Virus record (IMG/VR): IMGVR_UViG_3300019135_000021
DNA length: 64,000 nucleotides
DNA from: an uncultured virus (IMG/VR IMGVR_UViG_3300019135_000021)
Taxonomy: Duplodnaviria > Heunggongvirae > Uroviricota > Caudoviricetes
Direction: 5' to 3' (one strand)
The position numbers and the translations under genes are program-made. The notes below the pieces were generated by a model. The model ran no database searches, was not told the origin of the DNA, and saw only the letters and a list, made by a program, of their open reading frames with translations. This document shows positions 50,159-60,050 of this stretch, piece after piece. Within the stretch, counting starts at the first letter, position 1. Each line of letters opens with the position of its first letter.

Positions 50159-50965
50159 CTAAAGCGTTACATTTCGATGTTTTCTTACTCTTGCCCTTGT
50201 TTTTTCTTTTGCTATAGCGGATGCACAAGAAGGGCAGTATTTAGATTTGTTGCTTTTAAATCTAAATGGAGTTTGGCAATTGACGCATGATTTAACTTTC
50301 TTTTGACCAGTGTGCAGATCGTAATAGAGGCCGATACTGTCAAACGATCTTATTTTAATAGCCGTTTCTCCACCGGGGTCGATACCATAGATAAAACTTA
50401 ATTTAATGAATCCTTTATTTCGAATTTCAACAATGTCTTTCGTGGCCAACTCTCCAATATTTTGATGCAGCTTGTTGGCAGTTAACGAAGTATGAGAAGT
50501 ATCTATAAGTTCTTTGTATCTTTTGTTGTTTCCACCATAATAGTGCTCTGTCGAATGTTCACCATGTTTTATGTAGTGAACTGTTGAATATAACTTTGCT
50601 AAGGCGAGAAGGGTAAAGCAGAGCTTTTTTTGTTGATGGTTGATATCTAAACGATCAATAAATCGAAGTTCATTCTCTGTTATATCAATTTCATCTATAT
50701 TGATTAAAATATTTTCTTTTTTCCTTGCATGATTGAGCACTGAATTAATTTTTTTGTAATATAGCACCCGGCTAAAATTCTCTATGTTTTTTTCACAGAA
50801 ATCATAAAGGAGTTCTTCTCGTTTTTTAGGTTTATATCCTAATTCTTTATAATACTTGGCCAATAGCTTCAGTTCATAACTCAGGTTTTTTGAGATAAAT
50901 CCGTTTTCAATTATTGCTTCTACATATTCCTTCTCTTTGAATTTGTATTTGTCTATTGTAGACAC
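50159..50965 (-). CDS. Hypothetical protein with C-terminal zinc ribbon, coupled to the RNAP gene
   Basis: CVNC..KYCPSC plus basic tail; overlaps end of yonO. Confidence 0.7.
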   Translation of the reverse strand: MSTIDKYKFKEKEYVEAIIENGFISKNLSYELKLLAKYYKELGYKPKKREELLYDFCEKNIENFSRVLYYKKINSVLNHARKKENILINIDEIDITENELRFIDRLDINHQQKKLCFTLLALAKLYSTVHYIKHGEHSTEHYYGGNNKRYKELIDTSHTSLTANKLHQNIGELATKDIVEIRNKGFIKLSFIYGIDPGGETAIKIRSFDSIGLYYDLHTGQKKVKSCVNCQTPFRFKSNKSKYCPSCASAIAKEKTRARVRKHRNVTL

Positions 50966-53730
50966 ACCTTTCTTAATGAGTAATGTTTATTAAGGTAGTT
51001 AATATCACCTTCTTGATCAAGTACAGGGATGTTGAAACTTTTTTGTTTTGCTTTTACGTTTTCAAATATGTATTGGCCGTAGAGATGCCATAAAATCTCT
51101 TTATTTGAGCTCTTTTCATCAACATAAAATAAGCGAACAAGGTAATTAACTGCCTCGTAAACATTGGAGCAAATATCATTGAGTCTTTGTTTGAATAAAT
51201 CTAGGGAATTGGAGAAATTGCTGCAGAGATCTGAATCATATAAATTTTTATCTGCATCACTACTTGCTCCCAATGAAAATGATTGATTAATGCTTTTTTT
51301 ATGTTTTTGATATGCTTTTGCTACTTTCCTGTACCGTGATTCATCAAATTGAACTGCATCATTCATATAAATCTTGTAAATTTCATCATCGACATCCTTG
51401 TTAACAATGTTTCTAATACCAAAGTCAACGGATTCAATATACTTGCAGAGTCTGTTCATTACACAGTCACTCTCAATCACTGGATTAAACCTTTCAAATA
51501 ACCTAAGAAATTCATGCTGCTCCTTTGTTTTTCGTTTTACTTTCTTGAGCTCCTGAAGACTAATCCCAAATTTCTGCTTGCAAGTGATATCATAGGTTTT
51601 GACATGTTTTTTGTATTTGTTTTTAGTTCCTTTGTATAAATAAATAAAAAAGTAAGGGTGTTTATCCAATAAGATTTTATTGTAAAATTCCTTAGTCGTC
51701 TTAACATTCTCCGAGTCATCTTTTTTGATCTTTTGATAATTAATCCAGCGAGAAGGTATGCCTTTAACTTCTCGTCCAATTTTGGCCTTATCAATTTGAG
51801 CACTTTGCAATTTGGTACACATTTTTACTCGATTTAATGTGGTGAGATACTCTTTAGAATCAGAATCAAGCTGAGAAAGAAGAGCATAGCCACTCGTGCT
51901 TTTATTGGTGATTGAGCCAATAATCGAGCCAAATGAAAAAAGGTCTGCATTGAATAAATCTTCCTCAGTCAAAACCTTTTTGGTTGAAGTGGGAGGGGTG
52001 TAGGCCACTGGCAACTCATCTTTATAAACCCCCTTTAATACTGTTTTATCCGAAGTTGTTGCAATAATGTCATAGTCGAAATCACTACCAGCCCAATTCA
52101 TTGTCTCAGAGCCGTGAACATTCACAATGATACCTGTGTAATTATGTCTGTACCAATAATCCATATCCTCAGTTTGCTTTAGATTTAAAATTAAATGTTC
52201 GCTACGATAGGTGAGGGGTGCCCGCATACTGTCAACATGTTTAACACCTTTTTGATTCCAATAATTTGAGTAGTACTCTCGCTTACCTAAAAGCCCTGTT
52301 ACTTCCAAACCACAAACGTGCTGCATCATCGCATAGGGATCGCTAACAAGAGTCTGGAAGTTGCCATCTAAGATTATGTCCCCAAGGCATCCGCGTTGGA
52401 TTTTCTTTTTCATTAAGTCATAAATTTTCTTTTTTATGTATTTGTCGTTGATTAAGTCAGGGTTCAATATTAAAGACTTAACCCAATGATTATCAGATTT
52501 CTCTATGTAATTCGTAATTTTTTCATCTGTCACATCAGTTCCCAGAAGAAACAAGATGGTGTAATAGATGTTCCCTGAATTGACCCCAGTTATCCAGTTA
52601 ACGAATTTCTCACAGATCTTTTCAATGTCTTCATGGTTTAGATTCAGAGTTTGTAAAAATTGATAGTTCATTTTCAAAATGTCTTTATCTTTTTTGGGGC
52701 TGTGTAGTGAAACTCCCCATTTCAAGTTATTCTTTTCACAGTTATTTTCATAAACCTCAATGGAAGGGAAGCTGTCCCAGAGTTTAAATTGGCTTTCAGT
52801 GAGGATAACATCAATGTCCCTTAAATCCACAATTTTTGGGTTCCCGTCAGAGTCTTTATAAGATGTTCTGATTCTATAATTCCCATTATTTACTTTTTCG
52901 CAAAACTCATGAATAGGGAAGGTATTTAGCATTCCTTTAATAAAGTTCTGTCTGATACACCATTGCGCTGGGACATAGTCTAAACCTAATTCCTCTGCCC
53001 ACTTTTTAGCCATTTCGTAGCTAATTAAGCCTTGGCCATCAAAACGGTTAAATGATTCAACAATATCTTTAACTTCGATAATGTCATCTTCTTCAAAATC
53101 TGTTTCAGTCACAAAGTTTACTTTTACTTTAGTGTCGCTATAATAATCAGGGACTAAACAAAACCGGGGAGCGCTAACTACTTGAGTGGCGCTGCCAGCC
53201 AATCCCTTATATGCATTAAACTTAGAAGGGACTAGGGCTTTATTTAAATCTCTTCCGTTATCCAGGATTTCATTAAGTCTTTTGGAGGTCTCTTCTTCGA
53301 TAAATACGACAGTGGACACTCTTGCTTGACCTGCAGAAGAAGAGAAGCGGACAAACCGTTTGTTATTTAAGATCAATCCATTTTTATGTAAGTCTCTATA
53401 ATGGCTGTTGTGATCCATTTTGATCGTTATGTATTCTGGTACGAAAAGCATCTCATTGATTTCTGATTGAATTTCTTTTAATCTTTTAGAGATTTCTTGA
53501 GAATGCTTTTGTTTTTGTAAATGCTCTTTCTCTTTGTTAAGAGTCTCAAGGTAAGCATAATCGATGATTTCGTTCTTAATGTCTCTTATTGATCTTAAAA
53601 TTTGATTATCAAATAAGGTAATTACCTCGTTGTATTCCTGTGCTTCTTGAAAAGAAAGAGTAATGTTGTATCCAAATTCTTTTAGGCGCGAAGAATTAAA
53701 TTTATATGTATAAAATTGTTGATTGTCCAA
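50953..53730 (-). CDS. yonO: YonO-type single-subunit double-psi RNA polymerase
   Basis: SAGQAR, DGQG, KGML, RAP and GSDFDYD motifs; synteny with yonN. Confidence 0.8.
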   Translation of the reverse strand: MDNQQFYTYKFNSSRLKEFGYNITLSFQEAQEYNEVITLFDNQILRSIRDIKNEIIDYAYLETLNKEKEHLQKQKHSQEISKRLKEIQSEINEMLFVPEYITIKMDHNSHYRDLHKNGLILNNKRFVRFSSSAGQARVSTVVFIEEETSKRLNEILDNGRDLNKALVPSKFNAYKGLAGSATQVVSAPRFCLVPDYYSDTKVKVNFVTETDFEEDDIIEVKDIVESFNRFDGQGLISYEMAKKWAEELGLDYVPAQWCIRQNFIKGMLNTFPIHEFCEKVNNGNYRIRTSYKDSDGNPKIVDLRDIDVILTESQFKLWDSFPSIEVYENNCEKNNLKWGVSLHSPKKDKDILKMNYQFLQTLNLNHEDIEKICEKFVNWITGVNSGNIYYTILFLLGTDVTDEKITNYIEKSDNHWVKSLILNPDLINDKYIKKKIYDLMKKKIQRGCLGDIILDGNFQTLVSDPYAMMQHVCGLEVTGLLGKREYYSNYWNQKGVKHVDSMRAPLTYRSEHLILNLKQTEDMDYWYRHNYTGIIVNVHGSETMNWAGSDFDYDIIATTSDKTVLKGVYKDELPVAYTPPTSTKKVLTEEDLFNADLFSFGSIIGSITNKSTSGYALLSQLDSDSKEYLTTLNRVKMCTKLQSAQIDKAKIGREVKGIPSRWINYQKIKKDDSENVKTTKEFYNKILLDKHPYFFIYLYKGTKNKYKKHVKTYDITCKQKFGISLQELKKVKRKTKEQHEFLRLFERFNPVIESDCVMNRLCKYIESVDFGIRNIVNKDVDDEIYKIYMNDAVQFDESRYRKVAKAYQKHKKSINQSFSLGASSDADKNLYDSDLCSNFSNSLDLFKQRLNDICSNVYEAVNYLVRLFYVDEKSSNKEILWHLYGQYIFENVKAKQKSFNIPVLDQEGDINYLNKHYSLRKVCLQ

Positions 53731-53760
53731 TAGGTACCCCTCCTTTCAAACTATGTATTT

Positions 53761-54213
53761 TTAATTTGTTTTAAATAATTCAATTTCAGTTATGTATGAT
53801 GCAATCTGATCAAGCAAATAGTGAAGATCCTCATTGCTCATATCGGATGGACAAGAAATAAATGACATATCTTCAATCCAAGGATTCCTCTTGATGATCA
53901 TTTTAACGTGTGTCACTTTCTCTTCTGAAGAAAGACAAATATCATCTCTGAATTCATCTTCAATCAATTCTTTTAATTTGTTTAATAATCTTTTTGAAAC
54001 AACAGTGTTTTCACTGGTAACAGGTTCTTTTCTAATAAACATATATTCTTCTTCACTTAATCTCTTAATCTTGTTTCTGCTATTACCAACAAAGGCTGCT
54101 TCACCTATGTTGAGAGCACGGTTTAATACTTCTCGTTTAATGTATGTATGACCGTTTTCTTTAATTTGGACGTCTTTTGTTAATGTATATCCTTCTGTAT
54201 TATGTAGTAACAT
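53761..54213 (-). CDS. Hypothetical protein
   Basis: 150-aa ORF with GGAGAG RBS upstream of yonO. Confidence 0.6.
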   Translation of the reverse strand: MLLHNTEGYTLTKDVQIKENGHTYIKREVLNRALNIGEAAFVGNSRNKIKRLSEEEYMFIRKEPVTSENTVVSKRLLNKLKELIEDEFRDDICLSSEEKVTHVKMIIKRNPWIEDMSFISCPSDMSNEDLHYLLDQIASYITEIELFKTN

Positions 54214-55105
54214 GCTTCTCCTCCAAAATTTTCGATATGTTTTTCATTGAATCACTCCTATTGAATATTCTTAGAGTATTTAACACTGCACAATTGATGA
54301 TCTCAATTACACATCAAAATCACTCCTTACTTGAATTTTATATTCTTATTATATACTTTTAATTTGTTTTTGTCTATAAGCAAATAAAGCGGAATGGATA
54401 ACGATACCCAGCAACCTTAGCTTCATTATTAAATCACCACTAAAGATATTGTAACTTTTCACCCAAGGATTGGATAGTGATTTTAATTACAGGGAACGAA
54501 TATGTTGATATCGTATTGGAGTGATTGAAGGAGAGAAAAGAAAGTGGCTGCAAGGGATTTATGTGTTATTTATTTAGGGAGAGGGGATTTGAATCGTAAA
54601 ACCTCTAATAGAGAAGGAATTGAGAATGAATAGAGTGAGAAGGGGAGTGGCATAGAGAAAATCCAAGGGATGAAAAGTATTGAGGTTAAAGGATTTTACG
54701 ATAGCGAATACGATTGAAATTTGACTGAAATCGAAAAATAATCATGGTGTGGAAATGGAAGTGCTAGGGGAATATTCGTTCCCTTTTTTGTTATTTTGGA
54801 TGTTAATATACCCCCCTACATATCCTAATATATGGTATCCATTTGCGGTTATAAGGGTAGTTATAACTTGATTTATTGAATCTTGATTCAGAGAAACAGT
54901 GAGAACAAAATAATGTTAAAAAGTCAAGTGTTTCAACAGATATTTTTTAAAAAATTGAAACTGTAATCAGATGAGGGAACACACTCTTTTTTAATAAAGA
55001 ATCGTTTGAATAACAGCGGGCGGCGAGTCGAAGACTTATTTTCTAAATTACATATATATTTACCAACATAAAAATAGAGACCGGATTAACCGATCTCAGT
55101 AAAAT

Positions 55106-55552
55106 CTACTCTGTAAATGTTAATTGAGGAGATTGTGCCCTTGCTATAACATCACCATTAGACGATTTTTTCATCTCTAAATAAACTAATCCCCAAGTAG
55201 ATGGCTCGCCTATTGGTCGTATAATAGTAATAGATTTTAAAGGTGTCACTGAACTAAACGAACCTGTTGGAGTATTCTCTCCTAAACCTGTATGAGGGTA
55301 GCCTTTCCAAGACAAGAACATGTTATAATAAATAGTTCCACAGTTGCCATTCTGTTCAGCTTTGACATCAACTGTTTTTGCATTACGCGTATATGTTGTA
55401 GCATCAGTATAAACACGAACCTTGCACCCTTGTTTAAATCCATCAAAACTTTGCCAACTAGACCAGGCCGCGGAAGCATTTTGAGGTGAGAACCCCAAGA
55501 AGATTGCCATGCTGACACCAAACAGAACACTTGCTTTTAAAACTTTTTTCAC
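55106..55552 (-). CDS. Secreted hypothetical protein
   Basis: Signal peptide ending ASA, two Cys, strong RBS, own terminator. Confidence 0.75.
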   Translation of the reverse strand: MKKVLKASVLFGVSMAIFLGFSPQNASAAWSSWQSFDGFKQGCKVRVYTDATTYTRNAKTVDVKAEQNGNCGTIYYNMFLSWKGYPHTGLGENTPTGSFSSVTPLKSITIIRPIGEPSTWGLVYLEMKKSSNGDVIARAQSPQLTFTE

Positions 55553-55694
55553 CTTTTCACCCTCCTTCTTTTAGATGGAATTTTATATAAATAATCCCAT
55601 CTAAAGAAATCATAGCCTAGTACTTCTCTTTATTCAATGTGTCAATAGATTGGTATTGTTGAGATATGATTAAAAACAAATTAAAAGAAATATA

Positions 55695-55723
55695 TTGACT
55701 ATTTTAGATAGCCATGATACAAT
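55695..55723 (+). promoter_or_regulatory. Sigma-A promoter with palindromic operator, copy 1
   Basis: TTGACTATTTTAGATAGCCATGATACAAT. Confidence 0.8.
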
Positions 55724-55771
55724 TTAAATATAGTTAAGCGATACATATATAACCGAAAGGGGAAATAAAAA

Positions 55772-56104
55772 ATGAAAAAAACTGAATGGATGTTAAATAG
55801 CGAATATCGTGCAATGTTAGATTTTGAACAACGCGGGACAGTTTTAGCGGGTATTATAGAAAATCCATATGCATCACCATCCGGTTTACTTTCACAAATT
55901 TATGATATTGTTGACGATCACTTAGAAAGATATCGCGAAGACAGCTACATTTATTACATTATGGATCATTGGATTGTTTACAATCCGATTGAAAGGTATT
56001 TAGGTGTTTATTACAAGGAAGGCCATCATTGCATTTATGATGCTCGTGAAGTGACTCAGAGTAGCGATACCAAAACATTTTGCAATTATGCGTTTCCCAT
56101 TTAA
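55772..56104 (+). CDS. Hypothetical early protein
   Basis: 110 aa; AAAGGGG RBS. Confidence 0.7.
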   Translation: MKKTEWMLNSEYRAMLDFEQRGTVLAGIIENPYASPSGLLSQIYDIVDDHLERYREDSYIYYIMDHWIVYNPIERYLGVYYKEGHHCIYDAREVTQSSDTKTFCNYAFPI

Positions 56105-56316
56105 AAAAGAGGGCTCTCCTCTCCTTACATAAAACCATAAAACAAAGAAGAAAGATTCATGGGAAAAAGTTTATAAAAGAGAATTATATAACAAACATGC
56201 CGATGAAATTCAAGAATTGAAAATCATGATTAAAGAAGCTGAGAAAGAGTTTCAAGTGATTGGCGGAAAGAAAGTTAAATAAATCCATTCCGTAAAAAAC
56301 GAATTAAAAATAGTAA

Positions 56317-56613
56317 ATGAAGAGGGGAACAACAATGAACACAAGAAAACAATGCAAGAAGTCTAGAAAGCGTTCGTTAAGATTTATCGAATCCGGCAAA
56401 TGGTTTAAAGAGTTTGCACATGCTAAACATAATAAAAATCTAAATGTTATGGCTCTTTTACGTTTCAATTGGGGCTTAGACGATTCAGCTAAACAATGGG
56501 CAAAGTATCGCCTGTCAGTTGTAAAAGGGGAACGTCAGGAAACTGAAGCAACACAAAGACTTAAAGAGCTTGTAAATAAACGTCGAGAATCAAGAAAGGA
56601 GAACACACAATGA
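56317..56613 (+). CDS. Basic hypothetical protein (likely start MNTRK)
   Basis: ORF with GAGGGG RBS. Confidence 0.6.
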   Translation: MKRGTTMNTRKQCKKSRKRSLRFIESGKWFKEFAHAKHNKNLNVMALLRFNWGLDDSAKQWAKYRLSVVKGERQETEATQRLKELVNKRRESRKENTQ

Positions 56614-56930
56614 CACAAAAACAAATATTTTATTTCAACAGCTACGATGTATTAAAGCTATCTAATAAACAATGGAATAATGACATAAGGAAACATTACA
56701 TAATGTACAACCAACTAAAAAACGCTGAGACTATCACAGAACAAGATATAGATAACCTACTTGAAAACAATTATAATTTTTGGGTTAAGGTAATAACTGA
56801 AAACCCTGTATTCAATAAAGGGCATGTGCTTGTTGAATTAACGTTACTTTACAGTAATAAACCTATTTTAGGTTATATAGCTAAACAATGTTATATAAAC
56901 AAATTAAAAATACACGACTTGGTTTTATAA
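56610..56930 (+). CDS. Hypothetical protein
   Basis: ATGA overlap, AAGGAG RBS, terminator follows. Confidence 0.65.
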   Translation: MTQKQIFYFNSYDVLKLSNKQWNNDIRKHYIMYNQLKNAETITEQDIDNLLENNYNFWVKVITENPVFNKGHVLVELTLLYSNKPILGYIAKQCYINKLKIHDLVL

Positions 56931-57141
56931 CTGAGTCTTTTTTATTTCCATTTTAACCACACTCACAGCCTCACAGACAAGCCTTAATCCATTCCTGGCA
57001 TATTTATATTTATTACCGCTAACCCTTATCAGTTCAAGCCATAACCCGCAAATAAAACCTCTTTCGAAACATCACTTTATACTTTTAATTTGTGTTTAAA
57101 TATGATATAATTATAGGTATAGAAAGGAGGGGAAAAACATT

Positions 57142-57324
57142 GTGTTTGATAGGGTAGGTGTTGTGTTGGCTATTGTCTTATCTCTTTCAACGCTGACAAT
57201 CAATATACTAACCATTATTGAGAAGTTAACCATGATTAGAAATAAGACAAGCCATAGACAGCAAAGAAAAAAGCGTCTACGAAAGCGAAACCGGGCAAGG
57301 CACCGCAGACGTACACGCCTATAA
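57142..57324 (+). CDS. yonT: YonT-like type I toxin
   Basis: TM helix LTIN.LTI.EK plus Arg/Lys-rich tail matches YonT. Confidence 0.85.
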   Translation: MFDRVGVVLAIVLSLSTLTINILTIIEKLTMIRNKTSHRQQRKKRLRKRNRARHRRRTRL

Positions 57325-57358
57325 CACAGCAGGCTAGAGGAGTAATCCTCTAGCTTCA
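57265..57358 (-). ncRNA. SR6-like antisense antitoxin RNA; ends approximate
   Basis: Minus-strand TGTTATACT -10 near 57364-57372, hairpin GCTAGAGGA/TCCTCTAGC, terminal stem plus T tract inside the yonT 3' end. Confidence 0.65.
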
Positions 57359-57393
57359 CCTACAGTATAACATAATCAAACACAATTTAAAAC

Positions 57394-57582
57394 ATGAAAC
57401 GTATTCCATTATGGGTTACTCATTTATTGTTTATTGTATGTTTTATTCTATTCCTGTTCAATAGGCAATACTTCAGCAGCTCAACACAGGTCATTGTTTA
57501 TACAGTGTTTATAGTTACGCTCATAGCCATAGCTGTTTTATGGTTTATTTATTATACAGTCAACCGAAATCAGAAAAGATGA
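57394..57582 (+). CDS. Small two-TM protein (yoyJ position)
   Basis: 62 aa hydrophobic ORF directly after yonT. Confidence 0.6.
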   Translation: MKRIPLWVTHLLFIVCFILFLFNRQYFSSSTQVIVYTVFIVTLIAIAVLWFIYYTVNRNQKR

Positions 57583-57635
57583 GTGATGATAGTCGCTCAT
57601 CATTACATAATATATAAATTAAAGGGAGATAGTGA

Positions 57636-58502
57636 ATGAAAGGCATATACCAAATAACAAATAAGCAAAACGGGAAGAAGTATATAGGCAGTAGCACAAA
57701 TGTGTTCAAAAGATGGGAACAGCATGTTACTGATCTGCATTACGGGTTACATCATTCACACTTACTGCAAAAAGACTGGAAAAAATACAGTTTGAATGAT
57801 TTCACTTTTGAAGTGTTGGAATATGTTGACGACAAGAAAGACTTATTAAAAATCGAACAAATGTGGATAGATGGGGAAGAGATGCCTAATCTTTATAATG
57901 TGATGTTGGACACTTCATTAAAGAGAAAGTCAGCACCTGTAGACTTCTTAAACAGTGTTTTCTTTTCTGACAGAATGGATGAAGAAATCAAAAATAAACT
58001 AGTTAAAAATCTAAATATACACGAAAAGAAAGGCAATCTATCTAGATATGGTAACACTAAATATGACTATTCTAAACTATGGTTCAATAAAAATAGTGAA
58101 GGAGTAAAAAGATTAAGGCTTAACATAAACAATTACTTTGCGAATCAAGTTAAAACTGTCCATAACGACAGGGCATGGACAACATTTACACAACAGTATA
58201 AAAGGTTATCTTATGTTGGTAATATCAAGTCTTTTGTCCCTTTGACAGATAAACTTGAAGAGGATGACAGACGTAATACTCTTTGTTTTGCGGCGAATTG
58301 TTTTCTAAATCCATTTCTGAAACGGAAATATGAAGAATTAAAAGATCTTACTGAAGAGACTTATGCGCTTTCGGTTTTACTTAAATGGATTGCAGATGTT
58401 TCAAATATAAATAAACCTATTCGCATTTATGTTGCTTCAAAAAGAATGGAGGATATCCTAAAAGGTTGGATAAAACAGAATAAAAAAGGAGAGTCGTTAT
58501 AG
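57636..58502 (+). CDS. GIY-YIG nuclease fused to a YonV-C-terminal-like domain
   Basis: GIYQI...YIGSS..RW..H...E..W...LYN; C-terminal half aligns by eye with the downstream protein. Confidence 0.8.
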   Translation: MKGIYQITNKQNGKKYIGSSTNVFKRWEQHVTDLHYGLHHSHLLQKDWKKYSLNDFTFEVLEYVDDKKDLLKIEQMWIDGEEMPNLYNVMLDTSLKRKSAPVDFLNSVFFSDRMDEEIKNKLVKNLNIHEKKGNLSRYGNTKYDYSKLWFNKNSEGVKRLRLNINNYFANQVKTVHNDRAWTTFTQQYKRLSYVGNIKSFVPLTDKLEEDDRRNTLCFAANCFLNPFLKRKYEELKDLTEETYALSVLLKWIADVSNINKPIRIYVASKRMEDILKGWIKQNKKGESL

Positions 58503-59731
58503 TGAAAATTAAAGTAATTGATTCAATAATGGGAAGCGGCAAAACAACATTTATAATTAACATGATTAATAATTCATCAGAAGATGAACGCTTTATTTTT
58601 GTTACGCCTTATCTTGATGAGGTTACAAGGATAAAGAAATCATGTACAAACAGAAAATTTTACGAACCAAAAATACATAATGAAGAAGGGGAAACCCTGT
58701 TTAAATTGGATTCGCTCCATAAATATTTAGCTGAACATAAGGACATTGTAACAACACATGCTCTTTTTAGCATGGCAAACGAAACCACAAAAGAATTGAT
58801 CTATTCAGGGAATTACACGCTTATTCTTGATGAAACAATAGAAGTCATTAAACAAGTAAAGATTTCAACTGATGACCTTCATATGCTATTTAAAAATAAT
58901 TGGTTGATAAATAAAGGGGGGAAAGTCTATTGGAACACAGAACATGAAGAAAAAACAAACAGAAAGTATGACGGGAAATTTAGAACCTTGAAAAGACTAG
59001 CTTTAGGAAATAACCTAATTTCATATAATGATCATGTTTTATTCTGGACGTTTCCGCATGAAATATTTAACCAGTTTAAACAAGTATATAACCTTACATA
59101 CTTGTTTGATGCACACTTGCAAAAATATTATTTTGACATTAATAATATTGATTATGAACTTTACTCAATTAGAAGAAATAAAGAATCCTGTGAAATGATT
59201 AAGTATTGCAAAGCACAAGACAAGCTCAGAAAAGAACAATTAAAACGATTAATCAATATTTATGATGGTGATCTAAACAAAATAGGGGATGACCATTTTG
59301 CATTGTCAAAGGCATGGTTTGAAAAAAAATCTGTCATACATAAAAAACTTAGAAATAATATTTTGAATTATTATCAGCACATCATTAAAACAAAATCAAA
59401 TAATAACCTATGGACGACATTCAAAGATCACAAAACAAAATTAAAAGGAAAGGGATACACTAAAGGCTTTTTACCTTGTAATATAAAAGCTACAAATGAA
59501 TACAGTCATAAAACGTCTTTGGTCTATGCTTTAAATAGGTTCGTGAATCCTGTTATTAGCAACTATTTTACATCTAAGGGTGTTAAAATTGATGAAAATA
59601 TGTATGCATTATCAGAGATGATTCAATGGATATGGAGGTCAGCCATTAGGAACGGTGAATTAATAAATATTTATGTACCATCAAGACGAATGAGGACACT
59701 CCTTGAATCCTGGCTGAATAATGAGATATAA
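58502..59731 (+). CDS. yonV: SF2 helicase-like P-loop protein
   Basis: MGSGKT, LILDE, QWIWRSAIR; synteny and size. Confidence 0.75.
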   Translation: MKIKVIDSIMGSGKTTFIINMINNSSEDERFIFVTPYLDEVTRIKKSCTNRKFYEPKIHNEEGETLFKLDSLHKYLAEHKDIVTTHALFSMANETTKELIYSGNYTLILDETIEVIKQVKISTDDLHMLFKNNWLINKGGKVYWNTEHEEKTNRKYDGKFRTLKRLALGNNLISYNDHVLFWTFPHEIFNQFKQVYNLTYLFDAHLQKYYFDINNIDYELYSIRRNKESCEMIKYCKAQDKLRKEQLKRLINIYDGDLNKIGDDHFALSKAWFEKKSVIHKKLRNNILNYYQHIIKTKSNNNLWTTFKDHKTKLKGKGYTKGFLPCNIKATNEYSHKTSLVYALNRFVNPVISNYFTSKGVKIDENMYALSEMIQWIWRSAIRNGELINIYVPSRRMRTLLESWLNNEI

Positions 59732-59990
59732 GTATCCTTGTGAAGAAAAAGGCAACAAAGCAATTCTAAAACCCTTGATATTACTGGGGTTTTTAACCCT
59801 GTTTCTTTTAAAAGAAAAGAGAATAATTTAAATATATAAATTAAAAGAATAAAAAAGAAAGACCTTGGGATGCTGACAAACATTTAAAACAGCTTCGCCG
59901 TCTTAAATGTTTTGGTCTGCACCATCCCAAACCCTTCACAGACTAATAAATATAATTACATACAAATTAAAAATATTAATAAAAAAATAA

Positions 59991-60019
59991 TTGACTATCT
60001 AAAATAGTCATGATAATCT
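59991..60019 (+). promoter_or_regulatory. Sigma-A promoter with palindromic operator, copy 2
   Basis: TTGACTATCTAAAATAGTCATGATAATCT. Confidence 0.75.
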
Positions 60020-60050
60020 AATAATAGATCAAACTAACAATTAAAAGGAG

